From assembly GCA_951406725.2 (NCBI GenBank), contig OX597823.1:70432001-70496000 (forward strand): DNA of 64,000 bases, written 5' to 3'. Position numbers and translations under genes: made by a program. Below the pieces are notes generated by a model, which was not told the DNA's origin, ran no database searches, and saw only the letters and a program-made list of their open reading frames with translations. Positions 11,101-24,275 of this stretch are shown piece by piece. Each line of letters starts with the position of its first letter. Within the stretch, counting starts at the first letter, position 1. This DNA comes from Octopus vulgaris (taxonomy: Eukaryota).

Positions 11101-14100
11101 AATAAAGGCTTAAATATAATGAAGTTGACTTTTATTTATGCTGGATGGTATAATACTTACTTTTTCTGTATAAATTTACTAAAACCATTAAATGGTTAAC
11201 TACTTTTTGAAGTCTGATGTTTATGCTGGTAATTACAGTCTGGGCCATATTTTACTCAGTTGAGTAAAGTGTCATCCAAGGTGATGTTTATTGGTAATTG
11301 AACTTTATTTACAACACCTGTATGTATTTATCAGCTTTGTTTTTGTTGATAATCCTTATCAATAACTTTTTCTGTGATCGTAATTTGAAAAGACATACAG
11401 AAATATGCTAAAGATCGGACATAATCTCATATGAGCAAGAAATGTAAAATAAACTTTATTATAAACAACACAAACACTTTGTAATTTAATAGCTTTAAAT
11501 GTGATACCTGTTAAACAGAAATTATTTCTATTTATTGAAAATTTGATAAAATCTAATCATAAGTAAGTGAAATTATGCTAAATACATTTCCCCTGGCCAT
11601 TTCAGCAATTCTGAAAACTTTTGGGTGCAAATTTTTTAACAATTTTTATCTTGAAAATCACCTGTGTAAATTACACAGGTGTGCATATTACATGGGTTTT
11701 TATGGTAGTTTTTCTTTCCTTTCTCTGCAATTCATCATGTAAACTTTTAAGGTTTCTTTTTTTTTTTTTGAATTACCATCATGTTTATTGGCACATTATA
11801 CTGACTCTGATCCTCAATCCACACTCTCAAGAGTCGTTCCATTTTAAGCATTACTTTGGATCTATAGAAAAATAAGGTCCAGGCAGTTAACAGAGTAGCT
11901 TCTTGAGCAATTGACATCATTTTCTCTTTGTTGTCATGCATTGTTCCAACTGTAGACATTGCAAGATTTAATGTTTTGACAATGTAACTTAATCTTCTCC
12001 CACGTCAAGTTTAATATCCAGTGTAATCCCTTTATTGTTCCTTTTTGCACTACTGCCTTGATTTCTACTTAATAGCTTCCTTCTAGACATCTTAAATTGA
12101 AGGTAAATCCAACAGCAGCAGTGATTTAATTATCTATAATAAATATGTAATAAAAAACATTGACCCAGGAAAGATCTGTTTTGTGAGAGTGGAGAATTGT
12201 CTTATTCCCATGGATGTAATAATTAAAATGAAATGAAAAGGGGGAAGGACTGAAGAACAGAAAGTATTATATGATTACAGTTAGTTGAAGGGGCACCAGA
12301 TTTTATAGGCAATTTTCCCCTTGCAGTTCTGATATATGGCATAAACACACACACAACACACTCATACAAAAGCACTCATATACACACAGTCATACATACA
12401 TATGTTGGCATACATGCTGATATCTGTTGTAGCCAATTGGATTCAAAAGTTGGTGGGTTGATAGTGGTCATGATGTGGACTGAATTGATTTAGATGTTAG
12501 TGATGATGGCTGGGTATTGTTTGTGGTGTGGTGGTCAATTATATTGTTGTGGCTGTTTAGTCTCGTCTCAAGTCAATCCTCAAAGACCAAAGGCATATCA
12601 TTTAACTTTTAAAATACACTAGAATACCACATTATATGTTTTTATTTGAAATTGATTTGGTTGTGTGGTAAGTAGCTTGCTTACCAACCACATGGTTCCG
12701 GGTTCAGTCCCACTGTGTGACACCTTGGGCAAGTGTCTTCTACTATAGCCTTGGGCCGACCAAAGCCTTGTGAGTGGATTTGGTAAACGGAAACTGAAAG
12801 AAGCCCGTTGTATATATGTATACATATATGTATGTATGTATGTGTGTCTGTGTTTGTCCCCCCATCCCCAACATCGCTTGACAACCGATGCTGGTGTGTT
12901 TACGGCCCTGTAACTTAACAGTTTGGCAAAAGAGACCGATAGAATAAGTACTAGGCTTACAAAGAATAAGTCCTGGGATTGATTTGCTCGACTAAAGGTG
13001 GTGCTCCAGCATGGCCGCAGTCAAATGACTGAAACAAGTAGAAAAGTAAAAGAATAAAAGAATACTATGTATTGTTGCTGTTGGTGGTTGTGTTGGTATT
13101 GATGATAGAAACCCACATACACACACAATTACACACACACACACATGTGCATGTGTGAGCGTGTGTGTGTGTGTGGTTCAAATGTATAGAAACAAAAGAC
13201 AAAAATAGGTGAGGGAACAACAAACAGGTGTATTAGTTTGATGCTCAGGAAGAATGGAAAACTCCTTGATGTTTTGAGCCTAGGCTCTTAATTAGAAAAG
13301 GATGAAAGGGAAAATAATGGAGAGAGATAGAGAGAGAGAGAGAGGAAAAAGACAGAAAAATGTGTTGGTATTAATGGCTTCACAATATTCACATTATGTA
13401 CATTATATATACTTGTGCTTGTGTGTAACATGATGATAGTTTTTCAAATCGTTAACCATATACTTTGAAACAAGCAAAGTAGCTAATTAGAAAATCTGTA
13501 TAAGAGATGAAAGTTATAACTATACTAAGAAGTTACATTTATTGCCACATCAATATGGCAGTTCCATACAGTCTGGTGGCCCTGTTGCTGGTAGATGGTA
13601 GGAGTTTGTTTCCCTGCTTGCAATATATATATCAGGTGCAGACGCATCAAATAACCAGTTAGAGGAGGTGTCCTCCTGGGGTTAAAATGGTAGTAACATC
13701 AGTTCCTACAGAACAGCCATGTTTAAGTAGCAATAAACATTACTTATATATACTTTGATCTTAAGTACAACACAAGTGGCCAATGAGTTAAGAAGAAAGT
13801 GTAGTTTTAAACTGTTGGCAATTTAAAACTATGCAATTCAAGTTTCTGTAAGAGCAAAATTACAGATCATATCCTGAAATTAATGGTCATACTCTGCTAT
13901 TTCCATAAGTGTGGAATCCTGTAACCCGAAGTAGTGGTGACCTGGGGTATGCTTGTACATATGAAACTTCTACATTTACAGCCTATATAGATGACAATAA
14001 ATAAAATGTCAATCAATGCACAAGTATTGAATCCATCACACTTTTAACAAGTTACAAAGATCACAAAGCAATACTTCATATCACAGGTTTCATACAGATT

Positions 14101-17100
14101 CCTTAGATAACAGAATCACCTGGATATGTGAAAACTGCAGTTTTTTGCCATAACAACCTCCAAAATTCCCAATCACTGCTACTGTACTCTCATTTTTACT
14201 CTTTTACTTGTTTCAGTCATTTGACAGTTGTCATGCTGGAGCACCGCCTTTTAGTCGAACAAATCGACCCCAGGACTTATTCTGTCGGTCTCTTTTACAG
14301 GGACGTAAACACACCAGCATCGGTTGTCAAGCAATGTTGGGGGGACAAACACATACACACAAACATAAACACACACACACACATCCATATATATATATAC
14401 ATATATATGACGGGCTGCTTTCAGTTTCTGTCCCCTCACAAAGCTTTGGTCGGTCCGAGGCTATAGTAGAAGACACTTGCCCAAGGTGCCATGCAGTGGG
14501 TCCGAACCCGGAACTATGTGGTTGGTAAGCAAGTTACTTACCACACAGCCACTCCTATGCCTATATTCACAGTCTTTCCCAAACAAGCATTCATATCTGC
14601 AATACTGTTCTAAAAACACTATCCCTCCTACATTATCTGGTAGTGTTTTTTTTACTTGTTTCAGTCATTAGACTGTGGTCATGCTGGAGCACTGCCTTGG
14701 AGAATTTTTTATGTTTGGCACTTGCTCTATTGATTAATTTTTGCTGAACTGCTAAGTTACAGGGATGTAAACACACTAACACCAGTTGTTGAGCAGTGGT
14801 TTGTTAGAGCAGGGCAAACTGTGTACTGTTTTCTGTAAAGTGAGAGTTGGCAATGAGTTCAGTGAGGAATTTAGTGTACAGGTAGGTGTTTACCAAGGCT
14901 CAGTTCTCTGCCTTCTTCTATTTATTATTGTTCTCCAAGCTTTAACAGAGTTTAAGACTGGCTGTCAGTGGGAACTCATATGTATTAATGTTCTTAAAGC
15001 AGAGTCTGTGAAGGACTTAGAGGAGAAATCCCAACTGTGGAAGCAAAACTTAGAACCAAGAAACCTCAGCATGAACTTGGCAAAAACCAAGGTTTTAGTG
15101 AGTAGAGATGATGACAAGACTGCAAGAAAATGGCTGTGCTTGATGAACAGAAAAAAGTAGGTCAGAATGCCATATGGTGTGCACTATGATTGTACAAGAC
15201 GTATACTGAAATCTCAGGCAGGCTGACAGTGAATAAAGACATTATATATGAAAGGCACGGGCATGGCTGTGTGGTTAGGAAGCTTGCTTCCCAGCTATAT
15301 GGTTTTGGGTTCAGTCCCACTGTGTGGCACTTTGGGCAAGTGTCTTCTGTTATAGCCCTGGGCCGACTGAAGCTTTGTGATTGAATTTGGTAGGTGGAAG
15401 TTACTGCCGTGTGTGTATATGTGTGTGTAGGTGCTTGTGCCCCTCTGAGAAAGATGTTGAGGAATTGTTAGTTCAGTAGTAAAATGAATTCCTTTTAAAT
15501 GTTTGGAAGGCTCTATAAAAGTAGTTAATAGCTTCTGTTACCTGGTTAAACTTACCAGCAATGGAGGAAGGTGCTCTGAAAGCATAGTAGACAGAGTAAG
15601 GACAAAATGGGAATATGTTGAGGGAGTTATTACTTCTGCTGGCAACAAAGGGATTCTCTCTTTGAGTAAAGGGTAGAGTGTGTGTTATTTGTGCATGTAG
15701 TGCAATTCTTTGTGGTAGTGAGATGTGGGTACTGAATGAGTGAAGCCTGGAAAGAGATGAAGCACGTATGCTCTTTGCTGGGTGTGTAATGTGAGTATGC
15801 ATGAATGATATGGTATTGATGAGCTTAGCAGTAAACCAGGTATAAAAGGAATGAGTCATAGTGTGCAAGAACAAAGACTGTATTGGTATAGACATGTGAT
15901 GTGTATGGAAGGTAACAGATGGATGAAAGAGTTCCTGGCATATCCAAGTTAAAGAGGATAACCAACGAAGACAAGGGCAGAAGTTGTAAAGATTGATCTC
16001 AAGATGTTGAACCCGACCAAAGTGATGACAAAACAATGCAACAGATGGCATGAGAAATAAGTGCAGATGGCAAAATGCTGTGTGTGAAAGGACTCTTCCA
16101 GTCCATGCAAGCATGGAAAAGTAGACATGAAAATGGTGATGATGATGATGATCCTGATTCTTCATGGATGTTGCCAACCTCTAATCTATTCAGAAGAAAC
16201 CACTCAAAACTGAGCTTTTATTGAAAGTATTTTTATATTGTTATTTGATGTTTTTTTTTTGTTTTGGTAACTGTTGTCATGTGGTTGTGGTTTCTAGATG
16301 TTCATAGCAGAAGCTGATATAGAAGGATGGATGTAATGAACCCAACAAGGTGTTTTGGTGTGGTTTTTAGGTGTGTTAAGTTGCTGTATGGTTGTTAGGG
16401 CTGTTGGCAGTAGAAGTTTATTATGCTGATATATTTTCTTTTGTTTCATTTTTGGATTTGGTTTGCAAGATTCTTTATATGAGTTCGTGTGTTGAAGCAT
16501 ATTCTGTTGTGTCTGGGGAGAGTCATTCTCTTTTGATGCCTTATAATTTAACACACCGGTAAAATTTCCACTTATTTCTTATTTTTATTTTTCTAAAGTT
16601 TTCATTGTGTCTTGCAACCTTTTCAATAGTCTTTGCTTTTGTTAGTTTTTATTTTGAATACTTGTGTGTTTTGACAATCCCTATCAACAATTGATTCTTG
16701 TTTGTGATAGCTGTGTACTGGATGCTTGATTTCGTGTATGTTAAAAGCTTTCACCAAGGGTTTAATCTATTGTGTCTTATCATTGTGTAATTTAGAATTT
16801 GAGGGGCATCTGTTAGGCTTATAATTTCGTTTCTTTTTAATTATAATGTGAATGTTGTGCATGAGTGTTTCGTTAAGGAGTTGTATTACTGTGTTTAAAT
16901 TTTGGTTTAAGCCTATTTTGGGAAACTGGAATAAAAAAAGCAGTAAACTTTTACTATATTAAAAAAGGAAAATAGCTCGCAGGATGGAAATACAAAGATA
17001 CTACATCCCCCCCTACCCCAACAACAACAGTGGTGAACAATCTATGCAAAGATTTACTCATCATTCTTCCTCTTGTCACTCATAGTGCACTCACGTAGCT

Positions 17101-20100
17101 GCTACTCTAACTAATGTTTTGTCCTTCCTTCTCAGAAAGTTGGCCCTCTGGAGTTCCTTCCATGCACTTGTTTTTCATGCAGCTATTAACTTGTAACTAT
17201 TCAAGAGAAACACTAACATGTCAGTCTCACTGGTTTTTGAGAGCCTGTGCAGCACATTGGCACTGTCCTTTACTCAAAGCCTCATCATCATCACCATCAT
17301 CGTTTAATGTCCGTTTTCCATGCTATCATGGGTTGGACGGCTCAACCAGGGTCTGGGAAGCCAGGAGGCTGCACCAGGCTCCAGTCTGATCTGTTTCTAC
17401 AGCTGGATGCCCTTCCTAATGCCAACCACTCCATGAGTGTAGTGGGTGCTTTTTATGTACCACCAGTACAGGGGCCAGAGAAGGCTGGCAATGGCCACGA
17501 TCAGTTGGTGCTTGACAGAAGCCAGTCAAAGTAGCATTGGCATTGGCCACATTTGGATGGTGCTTTTTATGTGCCTCTGGCACAGGTATCACAACTATAA
17601 TATTTCCATTTGATTTTTTTTTTTTTATGTTGAGCCATAAAAAAAGACATCCAATGTGTCCTTTTTTTAAAGCAGTAGAATGTGATATGAGGGAGATTTG
17701 ACTGCTATTTCTTGCAAATAGAGAGCCTCTGCAGAGGCTCCCTTGTTGGTACATTTTTCAGTATGTTTATGTCGTGTGTGATGATATATACAATTGATTT
17801 TATTTGATATTACTTGTAAAAGAGGAGAATGCGCATATTAAGTAGAATTTGTTTGAAGCTAGGTTTCTAAGTAGCTGATGTTGGGCTGTAGTTGTGTAGC
17901 AATGCCTGGGAATACTCGGAAGAGATAAATGTGTATATGCTATGCTGGGTGATGGAAGGTTGTGTAAGTTTATGACCAATCAGTTCAAATCATAAACTTG
18001 GGAGCCTGAAGTGCACAGCAAAACACACAACTTTCTCCTTCATCCTTTCTTAGTCATCAGCCAGCCTCAAATTTTCTACTGTCCTCTTCTCTGTTCCTTG
18101 ATTTTGCTCAACCTCTCCCTTTATGATCTTTCTGTACCTCCTTTATTGTGGGGTTTATTCATGCAGGAATATAATCACCAGAGGTAGCAAGTCATGTTAC
18201 ATATCCAAAGTACTTTGTTTTTCTGTTTTTTAAAATTGACAGAAGAATTTCCTGATTTGCAGTCTTCTTAATTAAACATTGAAACTCTGACATCTGGCAG
18301 CTGACTTGGCAGACACCCATAAAATTATTAACCATCTTACAAACAATAACTCTGAGCACCTTTTCAAACTCCACCTGTCTAACACCTGTGGACATGTTTA
18401 CAAAGTCAGAAAACAGCACAGCTCCCATGACTTTCGGAAACATTTTTCCAGGCTAAGAGTTGCTGAAGTATGGAACAAACTGCCGGCATCAGTTGTTAGT
18501 TGTCGGAGCACTGCATCCTTCAAAACTTCCATGCTTCCTGAGATTCGCCAACACTACACCTGATTTTCCCCTCCATACACATGCAAGCATGTATCTGACT
18601 CATACACTGTTCACTTTCCAGGCATTTGTACATTACTGCATATGCTTTATATGCACTTTTGACAAGTTGTGGTGCACCTGAGCAATGTATACAATAATTT
18701 CATTATTATAATATCTTTATTCAAACTCTAGTTAGTTCCATGTTATATACATGGAATGCAAAATGCTTCTATAGCATTTCATGATTTTTTTCCCACTTTC
18801 TCTATCTAATGCAATGTTTCTCTTAGAGTGGAGAGCTGTGAGGATAGAAAAAAGAATGGACAAATTGCAGTGTTTGTTAAAAATTAAGATATTTTAAACT
18901 TAAAATTTACTGAATATTATGGTAAAGAAGAATTATGTAGATGCAAACTCTATTTTGTTTGATGAAAAAAGAGGGGAGAGGAATTTCCCTAATGTTTTGG
19001 TAGAAGGTACTAAGGACATTGAGTTTTTGCTGTGTATCAACATGGAAGGACATGACTAAAAGCATTAGTTTTTAGACACTTGTCTAGCTGTTACTGATAG
19101 GTTACAGATGAAACAAGTGTGCAGTTTGGGGTTAAGACCCCTTTCGGTCATGAATGACCATGGGATTGCATCTAGAAAGTTCCCCTCTGAGGCACAAGTC
19201 TGGGCAAGATTGTTTATGGAAGACCAGCAGTTGCCCATGCATACGAACCTCCCCTCTACATGCCACTGATGTTATCCAAAGGAAAGGCAAAGACCTATAC
19301 AGCTTGGTGCCAGTGATGCTGAAATTCATTTCTACAGCTGAGTGAATTGGAACAATGTAAGATAAAGTGTCTTGCTCAAGAATACAACACACAGCCCAGT
19401 CTGGGAATCGAACTCATGATTGTGAACCCAACACTCTAACCATTGAACCATGCACCTTCACGCTGCTTGAAATAACTGGCATAAAACTGGCAAAGCTCAG
19501 AGCAACCAGCTGATATAAAGTGCTATAAGGTCCAGCTGGAAGAGGTGTGTTTTGGGTGCTTGCAATGAGACAGTTGTATTTTAGTGGAGGTGAGAAAGTG
19601 ATCAGGAGTATTTTGGGTGAATGCGGGTTTGCTCGGAATATGAGTAGAGGATGAAAGAAGTTTACTGTCATGTTAGTTTTTTTTTCTCTCAGGTGGAAAA
19701 GGTAAATATATCAAAATGTTGAGTTCTTATTCTATGTTGTAAATTTTTTTTTTATCTCTTTCCACTCTTCTTGGTTAATATTCTACATTGCTCCTGAGCC
19801 TGAAAATAAATGTTTTGAAAATATATAATTCTAAAGTTTAATCCCATTTTCAGGCATATGGCATTGTATGGAAAGCTATTGACCGAAAAACAGGGGATGT
19901 TGTTGCTGTTAAAAAGATATTTGATGCTTTTAGAAATGAAACAGATGCACAGGTAAAAACTTTAAGGAAATTTTAGAATTGATTCTTTTATATCATCTTA
20001 ACCATTCTTTAATAGATGGAATTAATCATTGCTTATAATGAATGTGTTAAATCTGGTGCTTTTTAGTAATATTATCAGAGTGAATAGTTGGATAAGTGTT

Positions 20101-23100
20101 GTACTTAAGACTTGTACATTTAGAGTTATTTTTTTATTTTTTTATTCTTTTATACACTTAGGTCATTTGGCAAGTTATTAACAAACATAGAAGGCCAAGA
20201 GTGCTTGAAGTGTCTGTGTACTGGGTAAACGAAAATACTAAATGTTGTAGAGAGTTGAGATTGGCAAAATATTTAGCTTATGGAAAGTATTGGTATAAAA
20301 ATAGATGAGAAATTGCTGTGATATGATGCTCTAGAGAAATCTAATTTTATGGAACAGCTTTTGTACTAACAATATAAATGGAACAGAATGGTTAGAAGCA
20401 GTTTTTGGTTGTGTTCTTTCTTTAACCCTTTCATTACTGTATTTATTTTGAGATGCCCCGTGTTTCTTTCAATTACTTTAACCCTTTTGATACCAACCTG
20501 CCTGAAACTCTCTCTGACTCTGTAGTACAAATGCCTTGTTTTTAAAAGTTCTGAATTAAAATCTTTCAACAAACCTTAGTCACAATTTGTATTCCTAACA
20601 CTAGCTTAATGATAACTAAGTTATTTTACTAAATTCTTTGTTATATTTAAAATCAATTGAAAGAAACACAGAGCATTTCAACAGAAATATGGTAACAAAA
20701 GGGTTAAATATAACAAAGAATTTAGTAAAATAACTTAGTTATCGTTCAGCTTGTGTCAGGAACATAAATTGTGACAAAGGTTTGGTGAAAGATTTTAATT
20801 CAGATCTTATGAAAACAAGACATTTGTACTACAGGGCCAGATCCGGTTTCATCCGGGTTGGTAATGAAAGGGTTAAGGTAGTCAGTTTATGTAATCTGTT
20901 TTAATCACAGATGTTTAGAAAGTAAGTGAGTATTATATCATGCTGTGATATAGGTTTGTAAAAATGATTCACTATTCAGGTATGAAATTCTTTTTAATTT
21001 TGAAAGGAGAGGTAAATAACTTAAAAACCGTTTTACATGTTGAGAATGAAGCCTTTCATGTTTGAATAGTAGAGATAGTTGTAAATAACATGTATGAAAT
21101 GTAGTGGTTTGTAGTTTTGGTAGTAAAGGAATGAATTTATTAACATAGGTGCAGGGGTGGCTGTGTGGTAAGTAGCTTGCTTTCCAACCACATGGTTCCG
21201 AGTTCAATCCCGCTGCATGGCACCTTGGGCAAGTGTCTTCAACTATAGCCTCAGGCCGACCAAAGCCTTGTGAGTGGATTTGGTAAACGGAAACTGAAAG
21301 AAGCCTGTCGTATATATATGTGTGTGTGTATGTATGTTTGTGTGTCTGTGTTTGTCCCCCTCCACCATCGCTTCACAACCAATGTTGATGTGTTCACGTC
21401 CCTGTAACTTAGCAGTTTGGCAAAAGAGACCAATAGAATAAGTACTAGGCTTACAAAGAATAAGTACTGGGGTCGATTTGTTCGACTAAAGGCGGTGCTC
21501 CAGCATGGCCACAGTCAAATGACTGAAACAAATAAAAGATAAAAGATAAAAGAAACAAAACAAGGTCAGTTTCAAGTGTTCCTTTACTCCCGTGCTGGTT
21601 TCAGTTACCGTTTTCATTGGCTTTAGTTTCACATATCAATTGCAATATTTAGTTTCAGTCTGATACACTTATTTTATAGATTTCTATTTATTGAACTGCC
21701 AAGTTACAGTTTTGATATTAAAAAAATGCACCTTGATGCAGTAAACAGTGGTGGACATAGAAGCATGCACATGTACATGACAAACTTCTGTGAAATTTCA
21801 TATTTCTTTATTGCCCACAAGGGGCTAAACATAGAGTGGATAAACAAGGACAGACAAAGTGATTAAGTCGATTACATCGACCCCAGTGTGTAACTGCTAC
21901 TTAATTTATCGACCCCGAAAGGATGAAAGGCAAAGTTGACCCCGGCAGAATTTGAACTCAGAATGTAGTGGCAGCCGAAATACCTATTTCATTACTACCC
22001 ACAAGGGGCTAAACACATAGGAGACAAACAAGGACAGACAAATGGATTAAGTTGATTACATTGACCCCAGTGCGTAACTGGTACTTAATTTATCGACCCC
22101 GAAAGGATGAAAGGCAAAGTCGACCCCGGCGGAATTTGAACTCAGAGCGTAGTGGTAGCCGAAATATCTATTTCTTTACTACCCACAAGGGGCTAAACAC
22201 AGAGAGGACTAACATGGACAGACAAACGGATTAAGTTGATTATATCGACCCGAGTGCTTAACCCCGAAAGGATGAAAGGCAAAGTCGACCTCAGCAGAAT
22301 TTGAACTCAGAATGTAATGGCAGACGAATACCGTTAAGTATTTCACCTGGCATGCTAACGTTTCTGCCAGCTTGCCTTCTGTGATTTTGTCTATCAAATT
22401 TCCACTTACAAAGTAGTGGTCAAGGATACAGCAAAAAACACTTGCTTAGACTGTCATACAGTAAGATTGAACCCAGTGTTGTGTTATTGCAAAGCATACT
22501 CCTTAACCACTTGGCTGATTTCTCTTCTATGTTTGTCTATAAATGAGTAAAAGAAATTTACTGATTTTTTTGAGGTTAAAATAACAATTTGAGTTTTTGA
22601 TGCTTTTCAAAATACTTTACTTCTTTTATCCGTATCTTTGTAGAGAACATTCCGGGAGATTATGTTTCTTAAAAATTTCTGTGATCATCCAAATGTCATA
22701 AAATTACAGAAAGTGATAAAAGCTGAAAATGATCACGACATCTACCTTGTATTTGAATTCATGGGTAAGGATTGTAATTTTATTTCTATAATTATCTTAA
22801 CCCTTTCGTTACTGTATTTATTTTGAGATGCTCTGTGTTTCTTTCAATTATTTTAAATATAACAAGTAATTTAGTAAAATAATTTAATTATCATTAAGCT
22901 AGGGTTAGGAACATAAATTGCGACTAAGGTTTGGTGGTATATTTTCATGAAAAACTTATGAAAATAAGACATTTGTACTACAGATCCAGAGCCGGTTTTG
23001 GTCGGGTTGGTAACGAAAAGGTTAATATGGAAAATATATATTCATGGTGTTATTTAAATAAATATTTGTATATTTTGAACCAGAGGTTTCTTGTATATTG

Positions 23101-24231
23101 GACTGAAAGACTGAAAGTTTTATTTCAGCAATAAATGAATTGTGCTATGAGTTTACTTTGTCAGTGGATGGAAACAAAGTAATTTTAGGTGTATAAGGCT
23201 AAAAAGAATGAATTTAAAGGACAACAGTTATTCATCATCATCATCATCATCATCATTGTTTAACGTCCGCTTTCCATGCTAGCATGGGTTGGACGATTTG
23301 ACTGAGGTCTGGTGAACCAGATGGTTGCACCAGGCTCCAATCTTGATCTGGCAGAGTCTCTACAGCTGGATGCCCTTCTTAACGTCAACCACTCCGAGAG
23401 TGTAGTGGGTGTTTTTACGAGCCACCGGCATGAGGGCCAGTCAGCCAGTACTGGCAATGGCTACGCTCAAATGGTGCTTTTTATGTGCCACCTGCACTGG
23501 AACCAGTCCAGCGGTACTGGCAACAACCACGCTCGAGGTGGGGGGGGGGGTGTGAAATTCAGCCTGGGATGTTAAAGCCTTAAATAGAGAAAGTATTCTC
23601 TAGCTGACTTGGGTATGCCAGGTGGCTTGGACCTTTGGAAAGATACCAAAGAAATGGCAGTCTGGGGTGATAATCCCAATTTTTAAGAAAAGCGACAAGA
23701 GAAAGTATTCTAATTATAAAGGAAGCTACTTGTTGAGTCTCCCCAGTTATGTCTACTATGCTTGGTGTTTGGAAAAGAGATATAGGGAAAATATTGAGCC
23801 CAAGCTTGCTGAAGAACAGTGTGGCTTCTGTTCTGGAAGCAATGCAACCGATCAGAAGATATTCACTTTACAGCAGATCTTTGAGAAATTGCAGGACTAA
23901 TGTCAAGGTGTATACATGCTTTGTAGGTCTTGAAACGGCATATGGCCATGTGCTACAGGACATGCTGTGGATGGTTTAACAGGAGTTTGAGATTAATACT
24001 CGTTTACTTGTTTCAGTCATTTGACGTTGGCCATGCTGAAGCACCAACTTTAGTCAAGCAAATCGACCCCAGGACTTATTCTTTGTAAGCCTAGTACTTA
24101 TACTATCGGTCTCTTTTGCCGAACTGCTAAGTTACGGGGATGAAACACACCACCATCAGTTGTCAAGCGATGTTGGGGGTGGGGGCAAACACAGACACAC
24201 AAACATATACACACACACATACATATGTATG

Positions 24232-24275
<44 letters not shown>

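Larger units (their letters stand above)
9490..12090 (-). pseudogene. Fossil Tigger/pogo (TIGD1-like) transposase, frameshifted and interrupted
   Basis: Minus-strand pieces: [21 protein letters not shown] (CENP-B HTH), [64 protein letters not shown] (DDE), YKEM..LDKFF. Confidence 0.85.
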
